Part shown: positions 35,838 through 45,747 of the stretch, piece after piece
Numbering within the stretch: position 1 is the stretch's first letter
Layout: each line of letters opens with the position of its first letter
Origin: Candidatus Limnocylindrales bacterium
GTDB taxonomy: Bacteria > Chloroflexota > Limnocylindria > Limnocylindrales > CSP1-4
Assembly: GCA_035717785.1 (NCBI GenBank)
Contig: DASTIG010000259.1
Span: 11,316-75,315 of the forward strand
DNA length: 64,000 nucleotides
Direction of reading: 5' to 3'
Position numbers and translations under genes: made by a program
The notes under the pieces: generated by a model
Seen by the model: the letters and a program-made list of their open reading frames with translations, nothing else
Told to the model about the DNA's origin: nothing
Databases searched by the model: none

Positions 35838-37247
35838 ATGAGGCGGCACCCGTTCGCCGCCGTCAACCTCATCAGCGACCCGATCCACGGGTATATCGAA
35901 CTCACGAAGCGGCTCTCGCCGCCGGAGTCGGCGGCCGCTGGACTACCGGAGGAAGACGTCGCCGAGGAGGACCTCCTCGATACGGCGTGGCTCCAGCGGC
36001 TCCGCCGCATCAGTCAGCTCCAGAGTGCTCGGTGGGTCTTCCCGACCGCCGAGCACTCTCGATTCACCCATGGCCTCGGCGTCATGCACGAGGCCGGGCT
36101 GTGGGCCCGTTCGCTGTATCCCAGCCTGCGCACCGCCTTGATCGCCGAAGGCGAGGCCGACATCCCGTCCGAGGGCCTGGTGACCGAGACCATGCGGATG
36201 GCCGGGCTGCTCCACGACGTCGGGCACGGGCCGTTTGCTCACTTCTTCGACGATCACGTGCTGTCGGCGTTCGAGGCTCCCGCTGATCCGCGCCGGCCGG
36301 ACGCCAAACGCCTGACCCACGAGGACCTGAGCGGCCGGATCATCGGTGAGCTCGGCGAGTTGCTGCGCGGTCTGCGTCGGGCACCAGGTGCCGTCGCAGA
36401 GCGGGACGCGCTGCGCGACGACGAGTCCATCGACCCGGCGTGGGTCGCATTCCTCATCGCGAAACCGGCCCTCAGGGATCCCGCGATGCCGCGCTGGGTC
36501 CGCTGGCTCGCGCCACTCCTGTCGGGTGTCTTCACGGTCGACAACCTCGACTACGTGCGACGCGACGCTTACCTCACCGGGGTGACCGCGGGGCCGGTCG
36601 ACGTCGAGCGGCTGCGCCGGTACACGTTCATCGGCAGCGACGGCCTCACGCTGTTCGAGCCCGGGCTCGGCGCGCTGGAGATGTTCCTGAGCGCGCGGCG
36701 GTTCATGTACCAGCAGGTCTACTTCCATCGGACGGTCCGGGCCATCGACCTGGACCTCGCCGAGGTGTTCGGATCGTCGATCCGGGCGATCTTCGGCGAC
36801 GGTTCCCCGGCCGATCGGCTGGCCGCCTACGCCGATCTGGACGAGTACGCGCTGCTCCACCAGGCGGCCCGATGGGCACGTGGCCTCGACGTGGTGGAGA
36901 ACCTCGGACGCGCGCCCGAGCCGGGCGACGGCCGGGTGTCGCCGGAGCTCGCCGCCGCGTGGCGGGCGATCCTGCTCCGCCAGCCGACGTGGCGGTCCGA
37001 GGCGGAGGTACGCGCCGAGTACGAGTCAGGCGATCCGCCCCGTGCCGTCATCGAGTCCCTCGGCGAGGCGGAACCCGGCCGGGTGGCGATCGACCTCGCG
37101 GTCATCGACGCGCGCCCGGCCGACGCGACCGCCACCGATCGCCTCCTCGCGCTCGAGGGCCGGGATGGCACCGCGATGTCGCTGTCGAGGTCGCTCGGGT
37201 CGATCCCCGCGTACTGGCTGGTCGGCCGGCGCTACCGCCGCCGCTGA
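35838..37247 (+). CDS. HD-domain dGTP/dNTP triphosphohydrolase-like protein
   Basis: HSRFTHGLGVMH ... LLHDVGHGPFAH HD motifs. Start reset to MRRHPFAAVN. Confidence 0.75.
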   Translation: MRRHPFAAVNLISDPIHGYIELTKRLSPPESAAAGLPEEDVAEEDLLDTAWLQRLRRISQLQSARWVFPTAEHSRFTHGLGVMHEAGLWARSLYPSLRTALIAEGEADIPSEGLVTETMRMAGLLHDVGHGPFAHFFDDHVLSAFEAPADPRRPDAKRLTHEDLSGRIIGELGELLRGLRRAPGAVAERDALRDDESIDPAWVAFLIAKPALRDPAMPRWVRWLAPLLSGVFTVDNLDYVRRDAYLTGVTAGPVDVERLRRYTFIGSDGLTLFEPGLGALEMFLSARRFMYQQVYFHRTVRAIDLDLAEVFGSSIRAIFGDGSPADRLAAYADLDEYALLHQAARWARGLDVVENLGRAPEPGDGRVSPELAAAWRAILLRQPTWRSEAEVRAEYESGDPPRAVIESLGEAEPGRVAIDLAVIDARPADATATDRLLALEGRDGTAMSLSRSLGSIPAYWLVGRRYRRR

Positions 37248-37291
37248 CGGAGTCACGCAGATCAGGGCGGTATGCGACTCTGGTAGACGCC

Positions 37292-38080
37292 ATGACTGAC
37301 ACCTCCAGACCACCGATGGACGCTCCGGCATCCGCCTACGACCGGCGCTGGATCGCCACGCACCTCGCCGAGGAGCGCCACGAAAGCTCCCTCCTCGGTG
37401 AGATCCGCGAGGTCGTGTTCGGCCTGCAGGACGGCCTGGTCTCGACGCTGGCCGTCGTCGCCACCGTGGCTGGTGCTTCGGGGCAGGCCTTTCCCGTCAT
37501 CGTCGCCGGTATCGCCAGCGGCCTGGCCGGCGTGTTCTCGATGGCCGCCGGCGAATACATCGGCAGCAAGAGCCAGCGCGAGATCTTCGACGCCCAGATC
37601 CACGAGGAGCGCCACGAAGTCGAGGAGCGGCCCGGCGAGGCCGAGGCCGAAGTCGCGTTCATGCTGACCGAGGAAGGGCTCAGCGAGGAGGAGGCGGCGC
37701 GGATCGCGGCACAGATGGCGCGCCATCCAGAGGTGCTGCTGCGGACGATGGTGACCCGCGAGCTCGGCATCCAGGTCGACGAGCACGGCGGCAGCGTCTT
37801 CCGCGGGGCCCTGTTCATGGGAGCGGCGTTCGGTCTGGGCGCGCTCGTCCCGGTCCTGCCATTCCTGTTCATGCCGATCGGCATGGCGATCCCGACCGCG
37901 GTCGTCGCCACCGGGCTCGTGCTGTTCGGTATCGGCGTCGTGAAGAGTCGCTGGACCCATCGCTCCGCGTTGTCGTCGGGTCTCGAGGTCCTGATGCTGG
38001 CCGCCGTGGCGGGCATCGCCGGCTACCTCTTCGGGACCGTCCTGCCGCAGCTGCTGGGCGTCGCCGGGATCGCTGCCTAG
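37292..38080 (+). CDS. VIT1/CCC1-family iron/manganese transporter
   Basis: VIT-family pattern (EVVFGLQDGLVSTLAVV ... GEYIGSKSQRE) with C-terminal TM helices. Only the terminal 262 aa of the track ORF are used. Confidence 0.7.
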   Translation: MTDTSRPPMDAPASAYDRRWIATHLAEERHESSLLGEIREVVFGLQDGLVSTLAVVATVAGASGQAFPVIVAGIASGLAGVFSMAAGEYIGSKSQREIFDAQIHEERHEVEERPGEAEAEVAFMLTEEGLSEEEAARIAAQMARHPEVLLRTMVTRELGIQVDEHGGSVFRGALFMGAAFGLGALVPVLPFLFMPIGMAIPTAVVATGLVLFGIGVVKSRWTHRSALSSGLEVLMLAAVAGIAGYLFGTVLPQLLGVAGIAA

Positions 38081-40776
38081 CGGACTTTCGCGCCGCCGGT
38101 GGTTGCCTGCTGGATCGCCGCGAGCACCCGATCCGGCGTCGCGGGCACGACGTCGATCCGCGTCCCGATCGCGTCGCGGATCGCGCCGAAAATCGCCGGC
38201 GCGGTGGGGATCAACGCGGGCTCGCCGACCCCTTTCGCGCCATATGGTCCGGCCGGCTCGGCGTCCTCGATGATGTGGCACTCGATCGGCGGCACGTCGC
38301 CGATGGTCGGGATCAGGTAGTCGTGGAGGTTGTCGGTCCGACCGGCGTGGTACTCCTCCATGAGCGCGAAGCCGAGACCCTGCGCGATCCCACCGTGGAT
38401 CTGTCCTTCGACGAGCATCGGGTTGATCGCCCGACCGACGTCGTGCGCCGCCACGATCCGGCGGACGACCGTCGTCCCGAGCTCGATGTCGACGTCGACG
38501 ACCGCGATCTGGGCACCGAATCCGTACGTCTCGTACGGGATGCCCTGTCCGTCGGCATCGAGAGGCGTCGTCCGCGGATCGTACGTGCCGGTCCCCACGA
38601 GGATGCACCCCTCGGCGTCGACCGGCAGTGCCGAGAGGTCCGGCCCGGCCATCTCGATCATGCGGAGCAGGTCCACCGCGGCGAGCTTCGTCGCGTTGCC
38701 CGACACGAACGTCTGGCGGGATGCTGAGGTCTTGCCTGCGTCGGCGGTGCGATCGGTGTCGCCGGCGACGAGATCGACGGCGGTCACCGGCGTCTCGAGC
38801 GCATCCGCGGCGATCTGGGTGAGGATCGTGTTCGAGCCCTGCCCGATGTCCTGGGCGCCGCTGAACAGGACGTACGACCCGTCGGGCCGCAGGCCGATCC
38901 GGATGGTGGACGGATTTGTCAGCGACGTGTTGCCGATGCCGTACCACATCGCCCCTATGCCGATGCCCCGCCGGATCGGGCTGCGGTCGGCGGCGGCGAT
39001 CTGGTTGTGATGCCGCGCGTCCTCCGTCCCCTCGACCCAGGCCGGGCGCAGGGCCTCGAGGCAGGGCACCAACCCTGCGCTCGCAGCGAGCACCTGGCCG
39101 GTCGCCGTCGTCGATCCAGCGCGCAGCGCATTGCGGAGCCGGATCTCGAGGCGATCGATGCCGAGCCCCGCCGCGACGTCGTCTACGAGCGCCTCCCCCG
39201 CGATCGCGGCCTGGGGCACGCCGAAACCACGAAACGCGCCGGAGATCGGGCCGTTCGTATAGATCGCCCGGGTCGTCGCCCGAACGGCCGGCACCTCGTA
39301 CGGCCCCGAGGCATGCACGGGGACGCGGTTGGCGACCGTCGGACCCCACGAGGCGTACGCGCCCGTATCGAAATCGCCGTGGAACGCGAGGGCCGTGAAC
39401 CGGCCATCGGCGTCCGCACCGAGCGACGCGGTCATGCGCGCCGGGTGCCGCTTGGTCGTCGAGCGCATCGACTCAGGGCGGGTGTAGACGCAGCGGACCG
39501 CGCGGTCGAGAAGCCACGCCGCCACTGCGATCAACGGCTGGAGCGACAGGTCGAGCTTCCCGCCGAAGCCGCCGCCGCAGGCGGTCGGGACGACCCGCAC
39601 ACGGTCCGGCGCGAGCCCGAGGATCAGCGCGATCTCGTCGCGGTCCATGTATGGCGTCTGGGTCGACGCCACGACCTCGATCCGGTCGCCGTCGCGTCGC
39701 GCGAAACCGGCCTCCGGTTCGATATAGGCATGCTCCAGGTGACTCGTCTGGAACGTCCCGGTCGCCACGATCGTCGACGCGGCCAGCCCCGTCTCCACGT
39801 CTCCGCGCGCGACCCGGCCGCTCGTCAGGACGTTGCCAGGAAACGCGTCGTGGAACTGGGTCGTGCCGGGCGCCGCCGCGACCGCCGGGTCGAGGATCGG
39901 TTCCAGGGGTTGCCACTCGATCGGGAGGTCGCTGTCGTCGATGCGCGCGATCGTCTCGGCGTCGCCGACCAGGGCTGCGACTGCTTCCCCGCGGAACCGG
40001 ACGTACCCGTCGGCGAGCACCGGCTGGTCCTTGCCGGTGGCATAGATCCCATAGAGGTTCTGGCCGGGAACGTCAGCGGCAACGAGCACTCGCACGAGTC
40101 CCGGGTTGGCGGCATGGAGCGGCGCGAGGTCACCGATCGTGAAGCGTGCGTGGGCATGCGGCGACCGGACGGCCCGCAGGTGGAGCACGTCGACGGGCGC
40201 GCGATCCGCGCCGAAGGACGTCATGCCGATGACCTGGTCGATCCCGTCGACGCGGGCGATCCGCGCGCCGACAGCGACGCCCGACGGCGACGGTGGAGCG
40301 TCCTCGGTGGCCCCAGCGTCGATCACGGCCTCGACGATCTTGCGGTAGCCGGTGCAGCGGCACAGGACGCCACCGAGCGCATCCATGACGTTGGTCTCGG
40401 TGGGGTGCGGCCGCGTCGCGAGGAGAGCATCGGCGGCCATGAGCATGCCCGGCGTGCAGATCCCGCATTGCGCGGCGCCGGTCCGCAGGAACGCGGCCTG
40501 GATCGGCCGCAAGGAGTCACCGGAGGCGAGGCCCTCGACGGTATCGACCGCGCGACCGTCCAGCTGACCGAGCGGGACGAGGCACGCGCACACCGGGTCG
40601 CCGTCCAGGCGGACCGTGCAGGCGCCGCAGTCGCCGGCATCGCAGCCGACCTTCGTGCCGGTCAGACCAAGGTCGTCTCGCAGGACCTCGCTGAGCCGCC
40701 GCATCGGGTCGCCATCGACCGCGACCTCCCGGCCGTTGACCCTGAAGGTCGTCGGTCGAGCCGCCACGTCGGTCAC
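38077..40776 (-). CDS. Xanthine-dehydrogenase-family protein: fused [2Fe-2S] small subunit and molybdopterin-binding large subunit
   Basis: N-terminal CDAGDCGACTV, QCGICTPG, LCRCTGY (CoxS-like) are continuous with a roughly 750-aa Moco domain. Probable GTG start at 40776, GTGA-overlapping the FAD-subunit stop. The N-terminal 170 aa of the track ORF are rejected. Confidence 0.75.
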   Translation of the reverse strand: MTDVAARPTTFRVNGREVAVDGDPMRRLSEVLRDDLGLTGTKVGCDAGDCGACTVRLDGDPVCACLVPLGQLDGRAVDTVEGLASGDSLRPIQAAFLRTGAAQCGICTPGMLMAADALLATRPHPTETNVMDALGGVLCRCTGYRKIVEAVIDAGATEDAPPSPSGVAVGARIARVDGIDQVIGMTSFGADRAPVDVLHLRAVRSPHAHARFTIGDLAPLHAANPGLVRVLVAADVPGQNLYGIYATGKDQPVLADGYVRFRGEAVAALVGDAETIARIDDSDLPIEWQPLEPILDPAVAAAPGTTQFHDAFPGNVLTSGRVARGDVETGLAASTIVATGTFQTSHLEHAYIEPEAGFARRDGDRIEVVASTQTPYMDRDEIALILGLAPDRVRVVPTACGGGFGGKLDLSLQPLIAVAAWLLDRAVRCVYTRPESMRSTTKRHPARMTASLGADADGRFTALAFHGDFDTGAYASWGPTVANRVPVHASGPYEVPAVRATTRAIYTNGPISGAFRGFGVPQAAIAGEALVDDVAAGLGIDRLEIRLRNALRAGSTTATGQVLAASAGLVPCLEALRPAWVEGTEDARHHNQIAAADRSPIRRGIGIGAMWYGIGNTSLTNPSTIRIGLRPDGSYVLFSGAQDIGQGSNTILTQIAADALETPVTAVDLVAGDTDRTADAGKTSASRQTFVSGNATKLAAVDLLRMIEMAGPDLSALPVDAEGCILVGTGTYDPRTTPLDADGQGIPYETYGFGAQIAVVDVDIELGTTVVRRIVAAHDVGRAINPMLVEGQIHGGIAQGLGFALMEEYHAGRTDNLHDYLIPTIGDVPPIECHIIEDAEPAGPYGAKGVGEPALIPTAPAIFGAIRDAIGTRIDVVPATPDRVLAAIQQATTGGAKVR

Positions 40777-41609
40777 GCGAGCACCTGCGCGACCGCGCGC
40801 CGCACCAGCGTCAGGGCAGCATCCCGTCGGTATGCCGCGGTCGCACGGACATCGTCGATCGGGCTGAGGCCGGCCAGGTCGGCCGCGGTGATCTCGTCGG
40901 CGAGCTCCGCCGCCGGCGCCCGTCCTACCAGTCGTGCCTCGGCCCCACCGACCCGCTGCGGCACCTCGGAACACGCACCCACCACGATCCGTGCTGTCGA
41001 GATCGCACCCTCGTCGCCTAGCTCCACCACGACCGCCACCATCGCGATCGAGATCACGAGATACGCGCGCGACCCGAGCTTGAGGAACGCCGACCGGGTC
41101 GACGAGCCCGCGCGTGGCACGAGGACTGCCGTGACCAGCTCGTCCGGCCGCCGGATCGTCCTGCGATTGCCGACGACGAACTCCCCGACCGGCACCTCCC
41201 GCCGGCCCGCGGCCGAAACCAGCTCGACCCGCGCGTCGAGTGCCATGAGGTTCGGCAGCCCGTCGGCGGCCGGCGACGCGTTGCACAGGTTCCCGGCGAC
41301 TGTGCCACGGTGCTGGATCTCGACCCCACCCACGGCACGCGCCGCCCCCTTCAGCCCATCGAAGGCGGGCGGTAGGTCGGCGCGGATCACGTCGGTCCAG
41401 GTCGCGAGAGCGGGGATCCGGATCACGTCGTCGGTCACGACGATGGCCCGCAGCTCGGGCAGTGCCGTCACGTCCAGGATGTCATCGCCGACCCACTTTC
41501 CGACCCGCGCGGGATAGATGTCGGTGCCACCGGCGAGCATCGTCAGCGGACGCTCGGCCAGCGCCAGCAGCGCCTCCTCGATGCTGGTCGGTCGCAGGTA
41601 GCTGGCCAT
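40773..41609 (-). CDS. Xanthine-dehydrogenase-family FAD-binding subunit (CoxM-like)
   Basis: LAGGTDIYP ... GTVAGNLCNASPAAD pattern. Confidence 0.8.
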   Translation of the reverse strand: MASYLRPTSIEEALLALAERPLTMLAGGTDIYPARVGKWVGDDILDVTALPELRAIVVTDDVIRIPALATWTDVIRADLPPAFDGLKGAARAVGGVEIQHRGTVAGNLCNASPAADGLPNLMALDARVELVSAAGRREVPVGEFVVGNRRTIRRPDELVTAVLVPRAGSSTRSAFLKLGSRAYLVISIAMVAVVVELGDEGAISTARIVVGACSEVPQRVGGAEARLVGRAPAAELADEITAADLAGLSPIDDVRATAAYRRDAALTLVRRAVAQVLA

Positions 41610-41617
41610 CGGACCTG

Positions 41618-42601
41618 TCAGTCGCGGACGAGCGGCAGCACGTCGGAAGCGATCCGCTCGAGGGCGTCCGGGCTCCAGTCGAGCGGATTCAGGATGACGT
41701 GCTCGACGCCACCGAGCGCCTCGATCTTGCCGCGGATGCGTTCGGCCAGGGCGCCGGCCTCACCGAGGAGATAGAACTCCTGCCAGTAGTCGAGATCCAT
41801 CCCGGAGAAGGTTCGGAACATCGCGGTGGCGCTGTCCGGCGACTCGCCCGGCCCGAGGACGTGGATGAAGTTCGAGTAGACCTTGGTCATCTCGTCGGGG
41901 TTCCGCTCGAACCCCGCCATCTCCTCCTGGATGATCGCCCAGTCGCCGGCCACCATCTCCGCGGTCGCCGACGAGTGCGGCACCCATGTCGAGGCGTACT
42001 TCGCGATCCGCCGCAGGACCGGGCGGATCGTGTCGACCTGCTGGCCGTAGATCTTCTCCGACGGTTGCGTGCCACCGCCGATCCAGATGGGTGGGTGCGG
42101 CCGTTGGATCGGCTTCGGCTCGATCGTCAGGTCCTCGAACCGATAGAACTGCCCCTCGTACGTGACGTTGTCGCCGGCCCACAGGGCGGTGATCGCCTCG
42201 AGCATCTCGTTCATCCGACGGCCGCGCTCACGGAACGGGATGCGCAGCGCGGCGAACTCGCCTTCGTGCCAGCCGACGCCGACGCCGAGGATCGAGCGGC
42301 CGCCGGATAGCACGTCGAGCGTCGCCCATTCCTTGGCGAACGCGACCGGATCGCGGAACGGGAGCACCAGCACCAGCGTCCCGAGGCGCATCGTCCGGGT
42401 CACGCCGGCCAGTGCGGACAACAGCGAGATCGGTTCGAGCCAGGTCGTCCGATAGGCCGGCGGGGCGACGAGCAGGTGGTCGATCAGGACCGCGCTTTCG
42501 AAGCCGAGGTCCTCGGCCCGTCGGAGATACGCCCCCATGTCCACGAGATTCGCCGTGTCCTGTCCGAGCGCGAAGCTCGGCAGCCGGAGGCCGAACCGCA
42601 T
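41618..42601 (-). CDS. Luciferase-like monooxygenase-family (F420/flavin-dependent) oxidoreductase
   Basis: LLM pattern (GFESAVLIDHL, LGVGVGW). Start reset to MRFGLRL, 1-nt overlapping the upstream stop. Confidence 0.7.
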   Translation of the reverse strand: MRFGLRLPSFALGQDTANLVDMGAYLRRAEDLGFESAVLIDHLLVAPPAYRTTWLEPISLLSALAGVTRTMRLGTLVLVLPFRDPVAFAKEWATLDVLSGGRSILGVGVGWHEGEFAALRIPFRERGRRMNEMLEAITALWAGDNVTYEGQFYRFEDLTIEPKPIQRPHPPIWIGGGTQPSEKIYGQQVDTIRPVLRRIAKYASTWVPHSSATAEMVAGDWAIIQEEMAGFERNPDEMTKVYSNFIHVLGPGESPDSATAMFRTFSGMDLDYWQEFYLLGEAGALAERIRGKIEALGGVEHVILNPLDWSPDALERIASDVLPLVRD

Positions 42602-43788
42602 CAATGCCCACCCGCGCCGACAGCGGGTCCCGTGACGACCTCGGCCATCCGCCCCGCCGGCGCCGTGTTGCGACTCCGCCCGATCAGCGGCACGCCGTCG
42701 ACGATCACCATCGAGACGCCGGGGATGTCCCCGGTCGCGAGCGCCTCGAGCGCCGTCGTGCCGACGCTGCCGACCGGCGCGTCCACGATGCACAGGTCGG
42801 CGGCCCGACCAGGGGCGATGACGCCCGTATCCAGACCGTGGACGCGTGCGGTATTGCCGGTCGCGAGGGCGACGACGGTCTCCGGCGGGACGCCACCAAT
42901 GGACGCGAGATGGGCCATGAGCCGGAGGATGCCAAGCGGCACGACGCCTGTCCCCGACGGGGCATCGTTGCCGAGGATGACGCGGGCCAGCGCACCGGCC
43001 TCCGAGGCCTTGCGCAGCGCCACCAGTGCGGTGCGGCCGTTCCCGCAGTGCACGAGCTCGAGGGCCATGCCTGTGTCGGCCGCGACGAGGCGCTCGATGT
43101 CGGTCTCCGGGAGCGACGTCGTGCCGCCGTTGATGTGGCCGGCGATGTCGGGGTTGGCCTCGAGGACGGCATCCGCCCCGATCGCCCCCGACCCGGGCAG
43201 CGACGGGCCGCCGGTGTGGTAGGTCGACACCATCCCGTGCGCGCGACCCCAGGCGACCATCGGGGCGGCGTCGGAGCCGGTCTTGACCGAGCCGAGCCCG
43301 ATCTCGCCGATGAGCCGCACGCCGCCGGCGGCCATCTCGGCGAAGTCGGCCTCGACCAGTCCCTGCTCAAGGATCGGAGCGCCGGCGCGAACCTTGACGC
43401 CGCCTGGTCGGAACGTCGCATACGTGCGGGCGATCGCGATGGCCAGTGCCTTGAGCCCGACGATGTCCTTCGGACGGCCCGGCACGTGCGGCTCGCCGGC
43501 GGAGATCATGGTCGTGACCCCGCCGTGGAGGGACGACTCGATGAAGTCGACGGTCCGCTGGCGGGGCGTGAAGTCGCCCACGACCGGGTGGGCGTGCGAG
43601 TCGATGAGGCCGGGGATGACCGTCGTGCCTTTGGCGTCGATGACACTGTCGGCGTCGCCGCGATTGCCGACACCGTAGCCGACGGCATCGATCCGGCCGT
43701 CGACGATCGAGATCGAGTCGCCGTCGATGAGCGGCGCGTCGATGTCGCCCGAGGCGATCCGGCCGATGCCTGTGATCAGCGTCTGCAC
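42601..43788 (-). CDS. Amidohydrolase of the enamidase-like family
   Basis: N-terminus ITGIGRIASGDIDAPLIDGDSISIVDGRIDAVG and GLIDSHAHP. GTG start at 43788 follows GAGG with an 8-nt spacer. Confidence 0.6.
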   Translation of the reverse strand: MQTLITGIGRIASGDIDAPLIDGDSISIVDGRIDAVGYGVGNRGDADSVIDAKGTTVIPGLIDSHAHPVVGDFTPRQRTVDFIESSLHGGVTTMISAGEPHVPGRPKDIVGLKALAIAIARTYATFRPGGVKVRAGAPILEQGLVEADFAEMAAGGVRLIGEIGLGSVKTGSDAAPMVAWGRAHGMVSTYHTGGPSLPGSGAIGADAVLEANPDIAGHINGGTTSLPETDIERLVAADTGMALELVHCGNGRTALVALRKASEAGALARVILGNDAPSGTGVVPLGILRLMAHLASIGGVPPETVVALATGNTARVHGLDTGVIAPGRAADLCIVDAPVGSVGTTALEALATGDIPGVSMVIVDGVPLIGRSRNTAPAGRMAEVVTGPAVGAGGH

Positions 43789-43798
43789 AGTGGGCGCC

Positions 43799-44371
43799 TC
43801 AGCGCAGGCCGTCCTCGCCGACGGCGTCTGCAGCGGCGAGACCGCCGATCCGCGCATGCGGCCGGCCCGCGTTCGTCACGGCCAGGGCCAGCAACAGCTC
43901 GTCGGCGCCGGGCGCATCGGGGACCGAGATCGTGACCGCGTCGAAATGCGAGCGGATCAGCATCGCCTTGATGTGGTGCACCGGGATGTCGAGTGTGGCG
44001 CCCATCGCGGCCCGCTTCTTCACCGACGGGAGGATCGACACGCCGCTCGTGCGCGTCCGTGTCGGCTGCCCGAACTTCGGATGGAGGACGGCGGCCACGT
44101 GCTCGAGCTCCCCGTGCTCGCCGACGATGCCGCCCTTGCCGTACGCCTCGACCGGCTCGCCGAGGGCCTCCTGGCAGCGCCGCGTCAGCTCATCACCGAG
44201 GAACTCCCCGAAGTCGATGAGCTCGGCAAGGTCGTCGGACCAGGAACCCGCGTAGGGGTTGGAGCAGACGACCGCCACTGCGACCCGGCGGAGCGGACGT
44301 TCGAGCTCGCGCTCGCCGTCAGACACGATCTCCTCGCGGAACGTCGCCCACTTGCGGATGTGGATCGTCAC
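43799..44371 (-). CDS. Amino-acid-synthesis-family protein (PF06684-like)
   Basis: GGIVGEHGELEHVAAVLHPKFG block. GTG start at 44371 follows GGAGGAG. The longer track ORF N-terminus is rejected. Confidence 0.55.
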   Translation of the reverse strand: MTIHIRKWATFREEIVSDGERELERPLRRVAVAVVCSNPYAGSWSDDLAELIDFGEFLGDELTRRCQEALGEPVEAYGKGGIVGEHGELEHVAAVLHPKFGQPTRTRTSGVSILPSVKKRAAMGATLDIPVHHIKAMLIRSHFDAVTISVPDAPGADELLLALAVTNAGRPHARIGGLAAADAVGEDGLR

Positions 44372-44475
44372 GGTGTCTCCTCCGACCGCTCTCGCCTCGT
44401 GACCGAAGTATGCCGCGGGACGGTTGCCGGGGCGGCGGGCGTGGTGTACACAGGCGGCTGGAGGAGATCGCCCCG

Positions 44476-45351
44476 ATGGCACGCTTGCAAGCGAAGAGCT
44501 TCGAGACACCGGACGAGGTCCGCTCGATCCCCCATGGCAACGTCAGGATCCTGGATCTCGGCGACATCGTGGTGGGACGGCAGGTCTGGGAGCCCGGGTG
44601 GCGCTGGTCCAAGGACGTGAAGCCCATCGCCATGACCGAGCTGTGCGAATACCACCACATCGGCGTGACGATCTCAGGAACCGTCCACGTCCAGATGCGC
44701 GACGGCGCCGAGCTCGACATCACGCCAGACACCGCATATGAGATCCCGCCCGGTCACGATGCCTGGGTCGTCGGTGACGAGCCATACGTCACGTTCGACT
44801 TCGCTGGCATGCGAGGATTCCTCGTGCCGCCCGACGTCACGGGCGAGCGGATCCTCGCGACGATCCTGTTCACGGATGTCGTCGACTCGACCGCGTCAGC
44901 GGAACAGATGGGCGACCACCGCTGGCGCAAGGTGATCGCGGACCACGATGACCGGGTGCGCTACCACCTCGCGTCGTTCCGCGGCCGCGAGGTCAAGGAG
45001 ACCGGGGACGGGTTCCTGGCCATCTTCGACGGCACGGCGCGTGCTGTGCGCTGCGCTGCCGTCATCCGCGACTCGGTCCGGGAACTCGGCATCCAGATCC
45101 GAGCGGGTATCCACACGGGTGAGATCGAGATCGTGCCGAACGACGTTCGTGGGGTGGCGGTGCACACCGCGGCCCGGATCCTTTCCCTCGGCGGTCCAGG
45201 CGACATCCTGGTGTCCGGGACGACCTACGAGCTGCTCGCCGGCTCCGGACTGTTGTTCAAGGATGGCGGGAGCCACGAGCTCAAGGGATTGACCGGCGTG
45301 CGATCCGTGTACGTCCTCGAGGATCCGTCGACTCTTGTCGCGAACGGCTGA
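44476..45351 (+). CDS. Cupin domain fused to a class III adenylate/guanylate cyclase catalytic domain (paralog 1)
   Basis: Cupin HHIGVTISGTVHVQMRDG..IPPGHDAW, then cyclase ILFTDVVDSTA ... GDGFLAIFDG ... AGIHTGEIE. Confidence 0.75.
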   Translation: MARLQAKSFETPDEVRSIPHGNVRILDLGDIVVGRQVWEPGWRWSKDVKPIAMTELCEYHHIGVTISGTVHVQMRDGAELDITPDTAYEIPPGHDAWVVGDEPYVTFDFAGMRGFLVPPDVTGERILATILFTDVVDSTASAEQMGDHRWRKVIADHDDRVRYHLASFRGREVKETGDGFLAIFDGTARAVRCAAVIRDSVRELGIQIRAGIHTGEIEIVPNDVRGVAVHTAARILSLGGPGDILVSGTTYELLAGSGLLFKDGGSHELKGLTGVRSVYVLEDPSTLVANG

Positions 45352-45368
45352 CGCCTCCTGGGCGTCCG

Positions 45369-45728
45369 TCACGCATCACGCCAGTCGCACCAGGCGCGAA
45401 CGATGGACTCGAGCTCCGGACGAGCGGCTTCTGCCTCGTCGAGATCGGCGACCTTCATGACGCGCGACGTGTCACCGCTCCCCTCGAGGCGTGGATACAT
45501 GCCCGGGATCTTCGCGCCGAGGTGGAACATCAGGCTCGCATGCTGCCGGCTCTTCGGGTAGAAGCTGGCGATGTTGCCTTTGTACGTGAACGTCGGCGCC
45601 TGCCACTTGATGCACTCATCGACACGCGGGTCTGTATCGAGCACGATCTCCCGGACCCGCTGGACGACGTCCTTCATCGGGTTGTCGTATCGCTCGAACC
45701 AGGCGTCCACTTCGGGCTGTCTCGGCAT
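45369..45728 (-). CDS. DUF1801/YdhG-like protein
   Basis: Length and sequence pattern typical of DUF1801. Confidence 0.5.
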   Translation of the reverse strand: MPRQPEVDAWFERYDNPMKDVVQRVREIVLDTDPRVDECIKWQAPTFTYKGNIASFYPKSRQHASLMFHLGAKIPGMYPRLEGSGDTSRVMKVADLDEAEAARPELESIVRAWCDWRDA

Positions 45729-45747
45729 CGCCGTCGCGCCTCTCGGT

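Noticed and set aside
38077-41286. 1069-aa track ORF spanning into the FAD-subunit gene
   Set aside because: The first 170 aa overlap the CoxM-like gene in another frame and are Arg/Gly-rich noise. The real start is taken as the GTG at 40776.
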